Shown here: positions 27,201 through 41,370 of the stretch, in pieces
How the letters are laid out: every line of letters starts with the position of its first letter
Numbering within the stretch: position 1 is the first letter of the stretch
Assembly (NCBI GenBank): GCA_028023455.1
Contig: JAQFVV010000002.1
Coordinates: 7,068,001-7,132,000, forward strand
Length of the DNA stretch: 64,000 nt
Source: Epiperipatus broadwayi
Lineage: Eukaryota; Animalia; Onychophora
Direction of reading: 5' to 3'
Position numbers and translations under genes: made by a program
Notes under the pieces: model-generated
What the model was told of the DNA's origin: nothing
Database searches by the model: none
The model's input: only the letters and a program-made list of their open reading frames with translations

Positions 27201-28116
27201 ATCATAATAGCTTTTTAAGCTTTATCAATAGTTACCATTTCTTAATTCTGGAATATAAAAATGCCAGTCATTTTTATAATATTTTTACTACATATAATAT
27301 TTGTAATATTTTTTAATTGGTTGCTTTAAGAACTTTTTTAAAAATTTAATGTAAATGTGTTTTTTAATAAACATTGCTAATTTATAAAAGTTCATTACAT
27401 TTTAAATTAACATTTCTAAATATGTCATTCAGCTGAACTACATTAGGGGATTGAGAGACCCAGAAAGCATCGAGTCTTTTAATGTTGAATTACGAATTGG
27501 CATTTGTGACTGTGTCTGCAGCTGGATGGGAACCTTTATCACAAAATATATACTATATCCCTGTAGTTAAAAGCACTCATACTGAATTTTTTTCCAGCAT
27601 TTTTTATTTAATGGCGGAATTACTTTTTTTGCATAAACATAGTGGTTTGAATTTGACACATGATATTGGACAAATATTTATATATTTATCAATCAGACAT
27701 CAGGGAAGATATGGATTTTATATATAAAATAAAACAAAGTATTTGATTTAAAAAACAATTGAGAATTAAAAGAAAATAAACCAACATTTTTTTGGGAGGT
27801 GTAGTACTTCTAAGTATAAATTTAGACCACAATGTTACAATAAATCATAAAATAATGTCCAAGCAAATATAAATATTTCAACGGATAGAAATATATGGTG
27901 TATTATTATGTCATCTTTTGGAAGTCATATTTATTAACTCCAATGAGTATTTTATTAAAAAGGTATTGTAATAAGATAATAATAAACACTTTATCATTAC
28001 GCATATTATTACTAATAAGAATAATAAAGATGATAATAAATAGTATTAATAAATACCAATGACTTTTTCCTGTTTAAACTATATGTACTTCTTAGGTTTA
28101 TTAAACACTATTATAT

Positions 28117-28231
28117 ATATATATATATATTTTAAGTGTCATAGCATCAGCCAGGACGTGAACCCACAACCCGGGCAACTGCCTGCAAGTGCAAGGCAGT
28201 CACGCTGACCTCTCGACCACCAATGCAAGAC
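28117..28231 (-). mobile_element. tRNA-Gly-derived short SINE-like insertion with (TA)n tail
   Basis: Minus strand GCATTGGTGGTCGAGAGG..CTGCCTT..GCAGTTGCCCGGGTT..GGTTCACGTCC..GATGCTATGACAC (A and B box-like motifs); 13 bp TSD AACACTATTATAT at 28104-28116 and 28232-28244. Confidence 0.7.
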
Positions 28232-29609
28232 AACACTATTATATTTACATGTAAGACAATTGCAAAACTTAAGTAATTAAAAATTGATAGTCAATCCAAA
28301 GTCTTAACTTTGATAAATAAACATGTAAACAAAAATAAATCAATGTAAAATTCTTGATTAATAAAAGAAAAAGCATATAAACTCTGATGGTATTATTATA
28401 TAACAGCTGCATGAAAACTGATTATAGTGTGGGTAACTAAAGAACACTTCAAGCACTAGGTTTATTATTAATAAAACCATATTCTCATCTTAAGAAATAA
28501 TAAAAAATTTGACCTAAGAATTTAGAATATATCAAAATTAAAAGTTAACATTGAAATAATTACACTACAGAACAAATAATTTCCATTAATAATAAAAATA
28601 ATAATAAGAAACTTCATTTTTATAAAACAAAAATTTTTTATTTATTACTTGTGAATTAATCATATACATGTAATTACCTAATAATTCCAGCTTCCAATGT
28701 TTAAGTCATTTATTTTTGTTATACTTAAGGGTGTAATTACATATTGCATTTTTAAAAAAGGGGGGGGAGATGGATATTATATTTTACAACATACATTAAA
28801 AATAATTAATTGAAATGTATACATATTTTAAAAATATACGTATAAACATTATAATTTAAATTTCAGAAACAAATTTTTATTTATTCTTATTATTGTCATA
28901 TCTTTACATTTATAAACAAATTAAAATTTTAAATATTACATCGACTAGTATCTTCTAATTTTATTTTTTTAGTCTTGTATTATTTTTTTATATTTATTTC
29001 ATTAAAAAAAATGGAATAATATTCAAAAATGAATAAATGGAAGATATAAGTTGAGATAATGCTTAAGATTTTATTTGGTTAAGGAATGTAATGTAATAAT
29101 AAAAATAAATCAAATGTTTTTTTAAAATAATGTTTATATTTTTTAACAAAATTTTTATAATTTCTTATCAGTAGTTATATTTTTCAAAATTAATTAATTT
29201 TAATTAATTAATTAATTAATTTTAACGGGTCTCTTTTTATGCAGTAGATAGGTTCTACAGAAAACCTGCATTAAAATAATCACACAAAAATAGACTTAAC
29301 TTACCTTGAAAAATGTGGGATAGATTCCAAAATTTTCAAAAATCACATAAAAGTAAAGCAACAATGTAAAATTACTTTAAAATTCACATAAAAAAAAAAT
29401 AAGGAAATAAAGTATGACTAATAAAAAATTTCAAATATTTAAAAAAAAATGATACAAGACAAACTTTTTTCACTTTTTTTATTAACTATTTAATTTTATT
29501 CAAACAATATGTTTTTATGTGTAATTTATTTTACATTTTTCATACATATTTTAATCATTATCACTATTTGACAATATGTGTTTCATTTGTGAACTGGTAA
29601 GATATCAGA

Positions 29610-29800
29610 TTCATCACAAGAGAAAATACAATTAGTGCCAACTTCACTCTCATGCTGTATTAATGGTTTTCTGTTGACAATATAATTTGGTAATTAAACT
29701 TTGAGATGATGATTTTACTAATTGTTTATAAAGCTCATGATATCCAGAGTACTATGTTTAGCTGTTAGAGAATGCACTTTCACAAGTGTAACTATATATA
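29610..29800 (-). mobile_element. Possible hAT transposase C-terminal fragment
   Basis: SYTCESAFS motif on the minus strand; flanking sequence only weakly supportive. Confidence 0.3.
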
Positions 29801-32800
29801 TATAACACACTTCCACGAGTGTGTTAATAATGACTAACAGTTAAATTTTCTTTTATATACTTTAAAGATATATTCTTTTAAAGTATAAATTAAAAGTTGT
29901 TAAATATTTTCAAGTAGAAATTAAAAATTCTTAACTATTTTTATTTGTAACTTTTTTTCTGTCTAAAAGTTTCTCCATGTATATAAAAGAAAATATAAAC
30001 ATACACGTACATATCACAGACATACAACTATTTAGCACTCTTTGGAATTTAGTTCATAAGTCATGTCATTAACAAGAAAATGATTTTCCAATTGATTAGA
30101 AAGTTGAAGACTTTCTCGAATCATTTTTGCTGTGAAATGAACAGGTTATACTTCTGTTTTATTATCTTTTTCTAAATCTTTTACAGTATCTAAATTTATT
30201 GCCAAATCTTTTTCTAACAAGCATTTAAAGTATGTAAAATTTAATGCGTGTATATAAAATGGGAAATCCCGATTTTAAATTAAATATGAACTTCTTTATC
30301 ACATAAAACAAAACCGCATAAAAAGATATTAAGAAGAAACATGAATCTCATAACTTCAAAATCGCATTTAAAAAATCTGCACAAAAACAGACCCAGGTGT
30401 ATATTGATAAAATATAATTTTTATTTTCATTTTTCAATTTTCTGACATATAATGATTGATAATACTTATAGAAAATATATGTACATGCTAAAAATGAGCA
30501 TAATAAGTGATCAAAACATTGAAAGTTAAAATTATTAAAAATATTTTAATATATGATTACACAGAAATAATCCAGAAAAAGTATTTTAATTTTTGAATCT
30601 AGATTATTAAATATATATATCATGTAATTTATATTTATGAACAAATTAATTTTGTGCAACATCAGATTTATAATGTAAATAATAATCCATAGCAGTGGGA
30701 TTTGAAAGTTTTAAGCTGACTGTTATTAATCTCTTTCCAAAAATAGATATTTGTATACAGGTCCTAGTTACATTTCTAAGAATACAAAAATCTAAATCTT
30801 TTACAATCTAAGTGTCAACTTTTCTTATTTATATTAAGATCTTAGATTAGAGTGAAAGGTGAAATACGTCTTTTACTTGAATAGAATACCTTAACAACAG
30901 ATTGCAAAGTTAGTATAGATAAACTTATCCTCTAATAATATTAATTTTATAATTTGTGAGTTTTCATTATGTCATGAATGAATATAAACTAAATATTGTA
31001 ACTGTGTTATTTTAAATAATTTAGCAAAGTAAAATCTTCTATTGAGATAACTCAGATTGATCATAACAGCAATGTTTATGAACTTATTACATTTGGCTAT
31101 AATCTTTAATTTCTGAATACCTATGTTTTCTGTATTCATAGGGAATATCAATTCCACAATAGCTTTTTAGAATATGCAGCTTATGTTAAAAATGTTTAAT
31201 TTTTAGAAAAAAATGTCTTTAACGATATGCAAATATTTTATGATGCTAAGGAAAAAGAAACTTTCCATTCAGAATGATGGCCATAAAAGACAATTGATTT
31301 TTGTGATATCACAACAAAATTGCTTTTTTATTTCCTACTAGTATATTAATATAAGATCATTTACCTCAAAAACATCATAAACAAAGTCACCATTTTTAGA
31401 ATTCACATCCTCATAATTAAAAATCAATCAGTCCTCAAAACAGAATTTGAAGAAAGCTGACATTGATCAATATATTGATTATCTTAAAGGAAATATTAAT
31501 ACACTTTCATTCATATTTTTTATAATCCATTTTAAACTATAATAATGGCTTTGAAAAAATTTATTTGTCAGAAATATAAAAATCAATTAATTTCAAACTA
31601 AAATAATGTTCTTTATTGTCAAAATTTGCCAATAAAATATCCAGAAAGTGTTGAAAAACTTATGAAATATTTTCATGTTAATATAAACAAAAAAAATACA
31701 TAATTCTGTAAGATCCAATCAAAAATCCTGATCATTTCTGTGCAGTCTTGATTGTTATAAAAACATTACTATAAATACTACCATATTTGCTATCACTATG
31801 ACAGCAAGTGTGGTTGTTAAAACATTTAAGACATACTAAAAGTCAACAAAAACAAAATGTCATTAGAGTATAACTACATATTTCTTTATATAATGGTCTT
31901 TATATTTAAATTTAACAAACCAACACAAGAAAGACCACAACAATAGATAATAGATTTTTAAAAATATCTAAAAAGGTCCATAGGCAAAGCATAGCTATGA
32001 AAAGTATTTAACAACATTATATAATAAAAAACAAGTTTAAAAATTTGTTATGAAAGCAAAATTATAATTAGATGAAATGCTAAATGTAAAAAAAAAAACA
32101 TTTATTGAAGGTGTTAGTTTTTAGAATTTTATTAGTGGATGTTAAAAATATTATCACCATTACGTCCTTATTAATTATGTATATTTCAAAAATGTAAAAT
32201 AATACAATTAAGTAATGCCTATAATAGACAAATTCAGAAAGCAACATTATTGTTTCAATCTATATATGCACATTACATACCCACATATGTAATCTACATA
32301 TACCGTTAAAAGAAAATAATATTCTGAATTAAAACACTTGTATATGCACACAGATAAATCAAAGATAAAAAGATTGGATTGATTTTTTTAAATGAGAGTT
32401 TTTCTCTTTTAAAGATGATTATAATACACTTACAAAATGTTTGTTATAGGAGGAATCAGAATTTTTTAATCTTAAAATTAAATAAAAAATAACAATATAA
32501 TGTAATGACTACAATAACAAATAATGTTCAATATAATATTCACATGAGTGTATTTTGTGGTTTTCTACATATGACTTCACAGATTCTCTCTTATCAAGCC
32601 AGTTTTTTATGGTTTAAGCAACATTGTCATTGTAAAAAATGTTAAATATTTAACATCTAATAGGAATATTCTAAATCTATGAAAATATCATTTTTGGATA
32701 CATTGCTCTGTGCTTATACAAATACATAAACAGTATTTAATTTCTTCTATGTAAAATGTGATCCTATTACTTATTTTGAGATTGTAATTTAATGCTATAT

Positions 32801-34399
32801 AATTACATGTGATTTATCTTTAATTTACGATGCAATGAATGACTTTTATTTTGAAAATGAATATAAAAAATTATATATAAAAATAAAATATTAGCATTTT
32901 CACTTGATATTAAATAGTCATATAAAATAAGGAAACTTTACACATCATAATTAACTTATGTTTATGCTGTAGCTCTAAGGGCAAGGCACCACTATTATTT
33001 GTGTTAAGAAGATAGCAAAAAAATGTTAAAAATAACACTATATAGTAGTTAGTTTAGCTAAAAATAGCTTAACAAGCCTTTATGTAGAGCACTTATATTT
33101 CAAAATCATACGTAATAAAAATTCTTCTACATATTATTCTAATAATTATAATAATTTTTAAATGTGATAAAGAATATAATGTAGCAAAATGATAGTTAAA
33201 GGCTGTACATATGTTAATAATTCCCTTGATTTACTGACTATTCAAATGGAACATATTTATTAATTTTCAAAGTTTACACTATATATTAGCTATATATATA
33301 TTTAAAAAAAACAACAGAACTATTTAAATAGAAACATTTACAATGAGAATAAAATGTTTTGGACTTAACTGCATGATTTTATGAAATAAAATATTTTCAT
33401 AAATTATAATAATTGTTGTAAATAAACTTCTACACTTTTCATAATTTAATTTAAGACTATTATAACAAAACATAATATCACTAAACAATAGTTATCAAAA
33501 ATAAGCATATAAATTTTAATCTATTTGAATTTACCTTACTGTTCAAGAATAAGCAGCAAAGTTTAAAATAAAAAATATGATCTATAATTTTTATAAGAAT
33601 TGTAATAAAAGAAAAAAATGATTAAAAGTAGCCAATAAACTGCAAGCTAAAAAAGTCATAATAGTTTAGTTCTGAATTTCCACACCCATCAAACAACAAT
33701 CACTGAAGATTGTGTGGGATGAAGCATTTAGGTTAATTCATATAAATATGTTTTGGGTAAAAATATGCAACCATAAATATCTTGAATTTTAAATTAAATT
33801 CTTTATAAAAAAAAATTAAATGTAATTAACAATATCTATCCAATAAAAGAGGGAAAAGAAATCTTTCTGTCAATTCATATTTAAAATGTAAGGACAGTTT
33901 TTAAGTAAATTAAAATGTTATTCAATAAAATTTGTATAAGATATATTGGGTAATCATTATTTATTTATTTTAATTTCTGTACTTTTATAAATATTTTATT
34001 CCAAGTTTATTAGTTATGCAGTTATTTGTTAATTATTGATTCCCAAAAGTATGTAAATAGTTTGAAAAATGTTGCATTGAAATAATAAAAATAACTTTTT
34101 CATTATCACAAATACTATATATTATTACTTGCCACATCTTAACATAACATTTTAAAATATTATATTTAAATGAAATTGACTTTTTAACTTTCATTTAATT
34201 CAAATTTAGTTACTCCTTCAAATAATTCACTAATCTCAAAATCCTAATGATGTAACTATATTTCTTGCCATTTCAAAACTTTTCAATTTATCACAATATG
34301 TCATATATTAATTACCTTTTGTCATTAGTGACCTGCTGAATCAAAATCTCTTATTTTTCAATCCAGTTTATCTATATAATGCAATTTTTTTTATCTATG

Positions 34400-34760
34400 A
34401 CTTCTCTCTACATAATACCAAAAGATTTTGATCTATGGCTCCTTCTCAATACATAATGCCAAATTTTTATTTTATTTCATCAAGTTTCTTGCATATGATT
34501 TTATTCTAAGTTATTTTGTAACTGCTCAGTATTCAATTTAAAGCTTCTGTTGCCCATATTCTATTACCTTTTCTAATAACCTGTTCAGTATCTTAATTTT
34601 TTCACCTATATCATTAATACTTTTTTATTTTTATATCATTACATTTTATTTTTAATTTCTTTTTACTACACTAGCATATATTTGTTAATGCTTCAACATA
34701 TTGTCTGAATCCTTTATGCCATTCAATTATAAATCAATACTCAGACATATAAATAAGTGC
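34400..34760 (-). mobile_element. Old RTE-like LINE 3' fragment
   Basis: IGEKIK..GNRIWATEALN*IL..KKLDEIK*KFGIMY aligns by eye with the C-terminus of the RTE copies at 39172 and 47665 (IEKIK..NRWTIEILNWIP..RWMDEIRKCAGVMW). Confidence 0.5.
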
Positions 34761-35298
34761 TTGTGGAATATATTTATTTAAATATTTGTTTTTCAGATAC
34801 ATTGATCCATTTTCTTTTAATATTACTTTTTTTTTCTATAGAAAGTTATTCATCCAAGTTATCTATAAGATTACATTTAGTTATTTATATTATCATTTAT
34901 ATTAATTTTATCAAGGTAATTATAATTATCAATTTTTCAGAAATTTTTTAAAATTTAAAACATTAAAAATAATTTATTTATATTTATTTTCTTTTACTAA
35001 AATAAAAAAAACCATTATAATATTTAATACAAATGAAAGTTTTTCTATAACATTCTCTTAATTTAAATATTTTTATGACTCAATATTAACAATTTTAATG
35101 AAAAAATGTATACAATCCTATACAATTCTCATTATATATTTTACGAATTTTTGAATTTGTTGCTAATATAGAATAACATATTAAATTTATTAAGAAAAGA
35201 CTTCACTATTTTAATAAATAAGTTATTTACAATTTTCATAAAAAATAAAATTTTAGAGAAATAATTTTCCACTGAATCTTGTTACAATACACATTAAG

Positions 35299-35673
35299 CT
35301 AATTGTGCATACGCTTTGCGAGTGTTAATAATAAATGAATACTTTCTCACCAATACAATATATAGTATTTATGCAGGAATAAAAGGAATGATTAACTTTT
35401 AGTTGGAATGACATTTAGTAAATTCTAGATAATTTCACCCACGTCATTCATTCAGACATCGTATATAGTAATTTAAAGTGATGGTTCCATCCTCACGCTT
35501 TACTTGCCAGTACTTCAGATTTGCTCATATATAAGCATTTGAGTCATAGGAATAAGAGGATTCCTTTTATTCCTGCATAAATACTATATTGTATTGGTGA
35601 GAAAGTATTCATTTATTATTAACACTTGCAAAGCGTATGCACAATTAGCTTAAAAGGCTGATATTTGAATGTA
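35299..35673. mobile_element. Fold-back insertion: ~95 bp inverted arms, 20 nt tail on one arm, 16 bp TSD
   Basis: Arms 35294-35389 and 35560-35653 are near-perfect reverse complements; TACAATACACATTAAG is duplicated at 35283-35298 and 35674-35689. Confidence 0.85.
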
Positions 35674-37620
35674 TACAATACACATTAAGATTTTTTTTCC
35701 AATTAAAAAGAATTCCTCGATTTTGTTCTGAGCTAGTCATAATGCCTAACATGTTATCCACAATTAATTTCATAAAAAATTATTATTTAAATTTTGCAAA
35801 CAAATACATTAGTAGTTTCCTTTCATATATTATTAGAAAATTATGTAAGCAATTGTTTAGTTATCAAATTTTTGTTTTTCAATACTTCTTCATATCTAAA
35901 TTGAGCATTTTTTTGTACACAGTAAATGCCTTTTTAAATTATTAACATTTCTATAGGATTAACCAAAGAGTATTTAGAATCTTTACATTTTACTGCAGTA
36001 AAATAATGAAACTTCTTTGTTTTGGTCTATGACACTATTGATGCTGTTCTAAACTTCTACTGTTTTTCAATTTTAGTTTCAAAAATAATGAAAAAATAAT
36101 CCTGGGATCGTTGGTCTCATAATATAAGTTCATAATTGCAAAAATATTTTTTATAAAAATATAAAAAATAAAAAGTTTATTGCAAAAGCCTTTAAATCTA
36201 ATTTTTTTCTCAAAGTCCGATTTAGAATCTTTTGAAACTGAAAAGTGTTCTGTTAATTTACTTTGATTATAAATGTAGATTTAATAAAATAGAAATTTGA
36301 TCGATTTATCAAGTATGTAAACACACAGCTTAATTTTAATATTTTTTATTGCAACCTCAAGTAAATTTTTATAATTTTCTCTTTTTTTTTTTTGACTACT
36401 ACGTCTTTCTTATACCTAATCATTTAAATAGTGCAATTTAATAAGGATAGGACACATTGAGGAGATATGTTGCAAAAGCTTACTTTATATAGCTGTACCA
36501 TCAAACAGGTATTTCATCTAAACTAATCCAATTAGTTGTTTGTTTTTTAAAATTAACATTAATTTTATTATGACAAAAACAATATTAATTGATATAAGTC
36601 ATGAAAACTTTCATTCAGAAATAAGCTAAAAGAAAGGAAACATTTCTATTAAAGGGTTACATAATTTTAACTTTTTTCATATGTTATATTGCAATATCCT
36701 GCCCATATTGAGAATATGGTAGCTTTATATATCAATTTTGGATTCAAATTCATCAAATGTAAAGTTTTAGTTTAGTTTGTTTGTAAACAGTGCAAACATT
36801 TTCATTATAACATTTATTTGATTTTTATTCATTTTAGCATACAGCCATTAATTTCATTTCTTAAACAATTAAAACTATTAATAATTAATTGATTTCTTGT
36901 ACTTTGCAAATTTTTTTTTTTTAGATTTTAATTTTTTATTACATATGCTATTTGGACAAACATTCAATGTTTAGTAAATTAGATATTGACTGACGTGGAA
37001 CAATTTAGGTTTTTTTATGATTAGGATCAAGTCAAACTTTACATTAGTGGTCATTATGAATCATTTTAATTAAATATAGAAACAATATCTTCAGCAATGG
37101 CCTTCAAAATTACTTTGAGAAGCAGTATTAACAGAAGTGTTCTTTTTTTTATGGACTACATAATTCAGTTTTCTTATTTACTCAATTATCATAAATTAGA
37201 CAAATTATTTTCTTTATTCTCTGCACTTATGAAAAAAATACACTAAAACAGTTTTTGAAATAAATTCTAAACTTTGATATTTAAAAAGAAAACTAAAGCA
37301 AGCATAATTACTGCATCTCAAAACTTCTTTTCTACACTTTTGAAATTTACAGTAATGATTATTATAGAAATATTGGTAAGTTAATGTCTAGATAATAAAT
37401 ACAAAATTTCAATAACTTACTAAGCTATACTATTTACATAAACTAAAGATATATCTAAATAGTATTTTAATTTGCAAAGTGCTGATAGTTGAAAATTGAA
37501 ATAAATTGAGATACCGCCAAATCTCTAGTGCTCATTACAATACTTAACTGACAGCCAATCAGATGTCAAGGATAGCTGTCCAAATGACATCCAAACCTAA
37601 ACACACAACAAAGATTTTAC

Positions 37621-37646
37621 GAGAAAAGGGCGGCCACCCTTTTCTC
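37621..37646. other. GC-rich perfect hairpin
   Basis: GAGAAAAGGG-CGGCCA-CCCTTTTCTC: 10 bp stem, 6 nt loop. Confidence 0.8.
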
Positions 37647-38559
37647 TACTTTTATTTCTATATATCTAAGCCAGTCATAAGCATTTAAGTTTGAAAGCTT
37701 GAAGTTTTAAATATTTTCACAATTAACTCACTAAGTCTAAATCATAAATGTACAACGTGAAATCCTATGATTTACTATGAAGTAGTTTTTAGAATACATA
37801 ACAAGCAGTAAAGTATGTAAATAATATTTTAATTTGTGAAGCGCCAATAGTTGAAAATAATAATTCAAATCAAATTTTTGCATTCAACAATGCAGCAAAA
37901 TTTAAATTTTCTCTACAAAAAGAAACTCTAGATAGTTTTTGCAATACATTATGGTTAATAAAAATAAAATAAAAACTGTTTGAGTTTATTTCAGTCATTT
38001 GTGCATGCTAAAAATTGGTCTTATTTGAATGTACAGCTAATAGTACTTCAATTTAAAATAAGTAAAAAAATGACGAGTTTTAACATTTTTTTCTTTTGAT
38101 ATAATTAATTTTTATTTTCTCAAACAACAATAACAAATAGACCTCAGCATTAGACATACGTTCAATTATTTGAAAAAAACCCAGCTGATTTTTAAAAAAA
38201 CCTAACTAAAATTAAATATTATTCTAGCATTTCTAAATTAATAACTTTACCGGACGAAAAAACACATAGTAATAATGAAGCATGACATTTCTTAAATCTT
38301 AACATAAATCTCTTGCATCTTTAAAGTACTATATTTGAATAGTTTTGGACACATTTTGAAAAATGTAATTTATTTACACTGAATATAATTTATCAAATTA
38401 CAACCTTTTTTTTTGATAAAATTTGTAAATATTAATTTAAATTAATATTTAATCATTCATATCAATTCATTTACTGTTATATTTATATCTATAAATTATT
38501 ACAAATTCAAAACAAAACCAGTTTAACTAAAGAAAATAAACTCTATAACACAATCAGTG

Positions 38560-41370
38560 TTTTTCCCATTAAAAACACATCAGCAAATCAAAACATATCA
38601 ACAAATATATACTATTACCCACAATTCCTAATAACATCCTACACAGCCTTAATATTAAAAGAACTCTTGAACAAGTTAAATGTTTCAGAATTATACATTT
38701 TTAATAATAAAGATTTTTTCCATTCTTTTATTTCATTTCTTACAAAGAAAACAATGTTATCCTTATCAAAACTAATAGTGTGGTGCATCTCATTCATGGA
38801 TATATAAAGCAGAACTAAAATATTTATTTCTAACCCTATTTTAATGTACTTTTTTCCCTCTCATTTAAGCTCAAACTACTCAGACCTATTTATAAGTTCT
38901 GACAAAAAACAAAAAATAATATTAACTACCCCAGGAATAGTCTTCCTATCAAAAATTTCCTTTATATTATTTAATAAATTATTCAAAGTAATATCCCTCT
39001 TTCAATTAATTTTCTTGTTTACAAACAAATTAATATTTTTTACTTACAATTTTATAAGAAGACAATATAAAAGGTGAAGAAATAAAATCTTTTTTTAATC
39101 CTTATTATAATTGTTAAATCACCATAATTACTATTAAATAAAATACTTTTAACACATTTATCTGAGTCGTCATCATCATCATCAACCATTATCAATCCAC
39201 TGCAGGATGAAGGTCTCTCCAAGTTTAATCCATCTTCTCCAATCTTTAGCTTCTTTTCTCCACATCACCTCTGCACACTTTCTTATTTCATCCATCTATC
39301 TCACATGTGATCTCTTTCTGGGTCTTTTACAATCTCTTGGAATCCAGTTTAAAATTTCAATTGTCCATCTATTATCATCTCTTCTAGCAATATGTCCAGC
39401 CCAACTCCACTTCAATTTTTTAATTTTTTCAATGAGGTCAGTAACACCTGTTTGTTCTCTTACCCATACATTGCGTTTTCGATCTCTTCTTGTTACTTCC
39501 AACATACATCTCTCCATACTCCTTGAGTAGTCTGAAGTCTCTGTATTGCTCTTCTATTAAGTGTCCATGTCTCAGATCCATAAGTAATATTTATCAGAGT
39601 AGTCAAAATTAAATAATCTTTACAAAATTGAACTTTTTAAAAACAAAGCTATCTTATTAGAACTATTTAATCTCTGATTTCTATAGCAATAATTTCTTAA
39701 AACAGCTACTTTATGAGATACAGATTAGTATCTATCAGGTTTAATTATAGATCTAAATCCTTACTCTTAACATAGTGACCTAAAATATTAATTTAATAAA
39801 ATCTCATCTCCTACAACTTATTTTATAGAAGGATTAAAATGATAAATTCAAAGATTCAACTACTAACAAATAATATACAACATATCGACCAAATAATTTT
39901 AAATATATACAATTCTTATTACTAATTTCCTCTTCCAAATAATTAATATAAACTGAACAAATTGAAGAAGAAATAGTATATCCCTTTTTTAATTTTATAA
40001 AAAATATTATTATAAGTAAAATACATAGAATCCTCCAATAATAAGAGCAAAACATTAATTACTTTAATTTTATTCTTAGGCAAAGATCAATCTTTAGTTA
40101 ACACAGACATAAGAACATCAATACTTTTTAATCTATTAACAGATTGATACATCTCCTCAATATCCAAACAATCAAATATACAATTACTTTCCATTTTAAA
40201 ATTATTAATCTTACCAAAAGCCTAAAAAAAAAAAAATTGTGTAATAATCAAAATTAACAAATTGTTTTAAAAAAATATTCAAGAATTTACAAATACCTCA
40301 ATACATGACCTGAAAAATCAAAAGTACATTAAAAAAACAAACAAAACTTCTTTGTGAGTCATAACATTCATAACATTTTAGCTGATATGAAGTCATTAGG
40401 ATAACATTTTAAATAATACACTCTATTAAAAAAAATAATTTATCATTTTTTCATAATATATATTAACTTCCTTATAATCACATAACCAGGATGTTTTTTT
40501 AAAAAAACATATATTTGCTATTATTTAATTCTTTATCTATTTTCTCCCTAAATTCCTTTCCTTTCATAATAATAATCTGTCCAGCTTTGTCTTCACAAGA
40601 AATAATCATATCACCAACAATTAACTTATATTTAAGATGCCTATTTCAGCAGAATTAACAATAAATTTTTCCTTTTCTTTTAAACTTATATTTAATTCAA
40701 GTGAATACCAATTTTCTGCTCATCAATTAAATTATTTGATTCAATAGACAAAATTGTATCAAAACTATATTTTCTTTAAGACATATAATAACTAACTTTC
40801 TTATTGCTTGGGGCAATTGAAACTGTCATAGAGGGTTGTAATTAAAGCATTGTAAAACAGTAATAAAGTGCATAGATGATTTAATATTAAAACTATATTT
40901 TTTGAATGAAAACAAAGAAAATCAGGAGCTTTAGCAGGAATTTCTAATTCTCTAGTACTTAACTTAATATCAGAAAGATTAACAACTTTATTAATAGAAA
41001 TAATATTCTTGCCAACCACCCTATTACTAAAAAACACCTTATTCATTTTTCCAAACAACTATTTTAATTTTGATTCATACTTTCTATAGTAAAATTTTGA
41101 TATGTTTACTCTGAATTGCCTAGGAAAAATTAAAATAAAACAATTAAAATCTTGCTTTTTATTTAAATCATATCTATTTCATTTTGTATTCAGAAATAAA
41201 TCTATAAAACGTAATAAAATTCTCTTTCAAAAACTATTTAAAATAAACATTTGTAAATTCAAAACTAAATTCTGATTCTTAAATAATTTTATATTCTTCT
41301 TAAGATTGAAAAAAAAAACAACTCCTAGGAAAAACATTAAATTCCCTACATTTTAAAAATAAATAAATCT
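38560..41370 (-). mobile_element. Decayed Penelope-like element (RT plus C-terminal GIY-YIG endonuclease), interrupted by an RTE fragment
   Basis: Ordered minus-strand motifs: VVNLSDIKLSTRELEIPAKAPDF (~40920-40985), IISCEDKAGQIIIMK..EFREKI (~40530-40610), CLDIEEMYQS (~40141-40170), FTYNNIFYKIKKG, YINYLEE, RYV at the YVDD position, FNPSIK, then PGVV..I.C..C...IG.SS.SLNER (~38840-38935). Many stops and frameshifts; ends approximate. Confidence 0.75.
39172..39588 (-). mobile_element. 5'-truncated RTE LINE 3' end with (TGA)n tail
   Basis: MERCMLEVTRRDRKRNVWVREQTGVTDLIEKIKKLKWSWAGHIARRDDNRW; (CAT)n on plus strand; TSD ATTTATC(T/A)GAGT(C/A)GTC at 39156-39171 and 39589-39604. Confidence 0.92.

Noticed and set aside
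30030-30240. Tigger/pogo-like C-terminal fragment on the minus strand
   Set aside because: Only a vague helical resemblance; no DDE motif or TIR.
31100-32100. Possible second, very old PLE RT on the plus strand
   Set aside because: Motifs need too many corrections to support.
38545-38590. Hairpin with CTGATG just 3' of the PLE ORF as a candidate HHR
   Set aside because: Lacks A9 and any GAAA/stem III; only a simple hairpin is supported.
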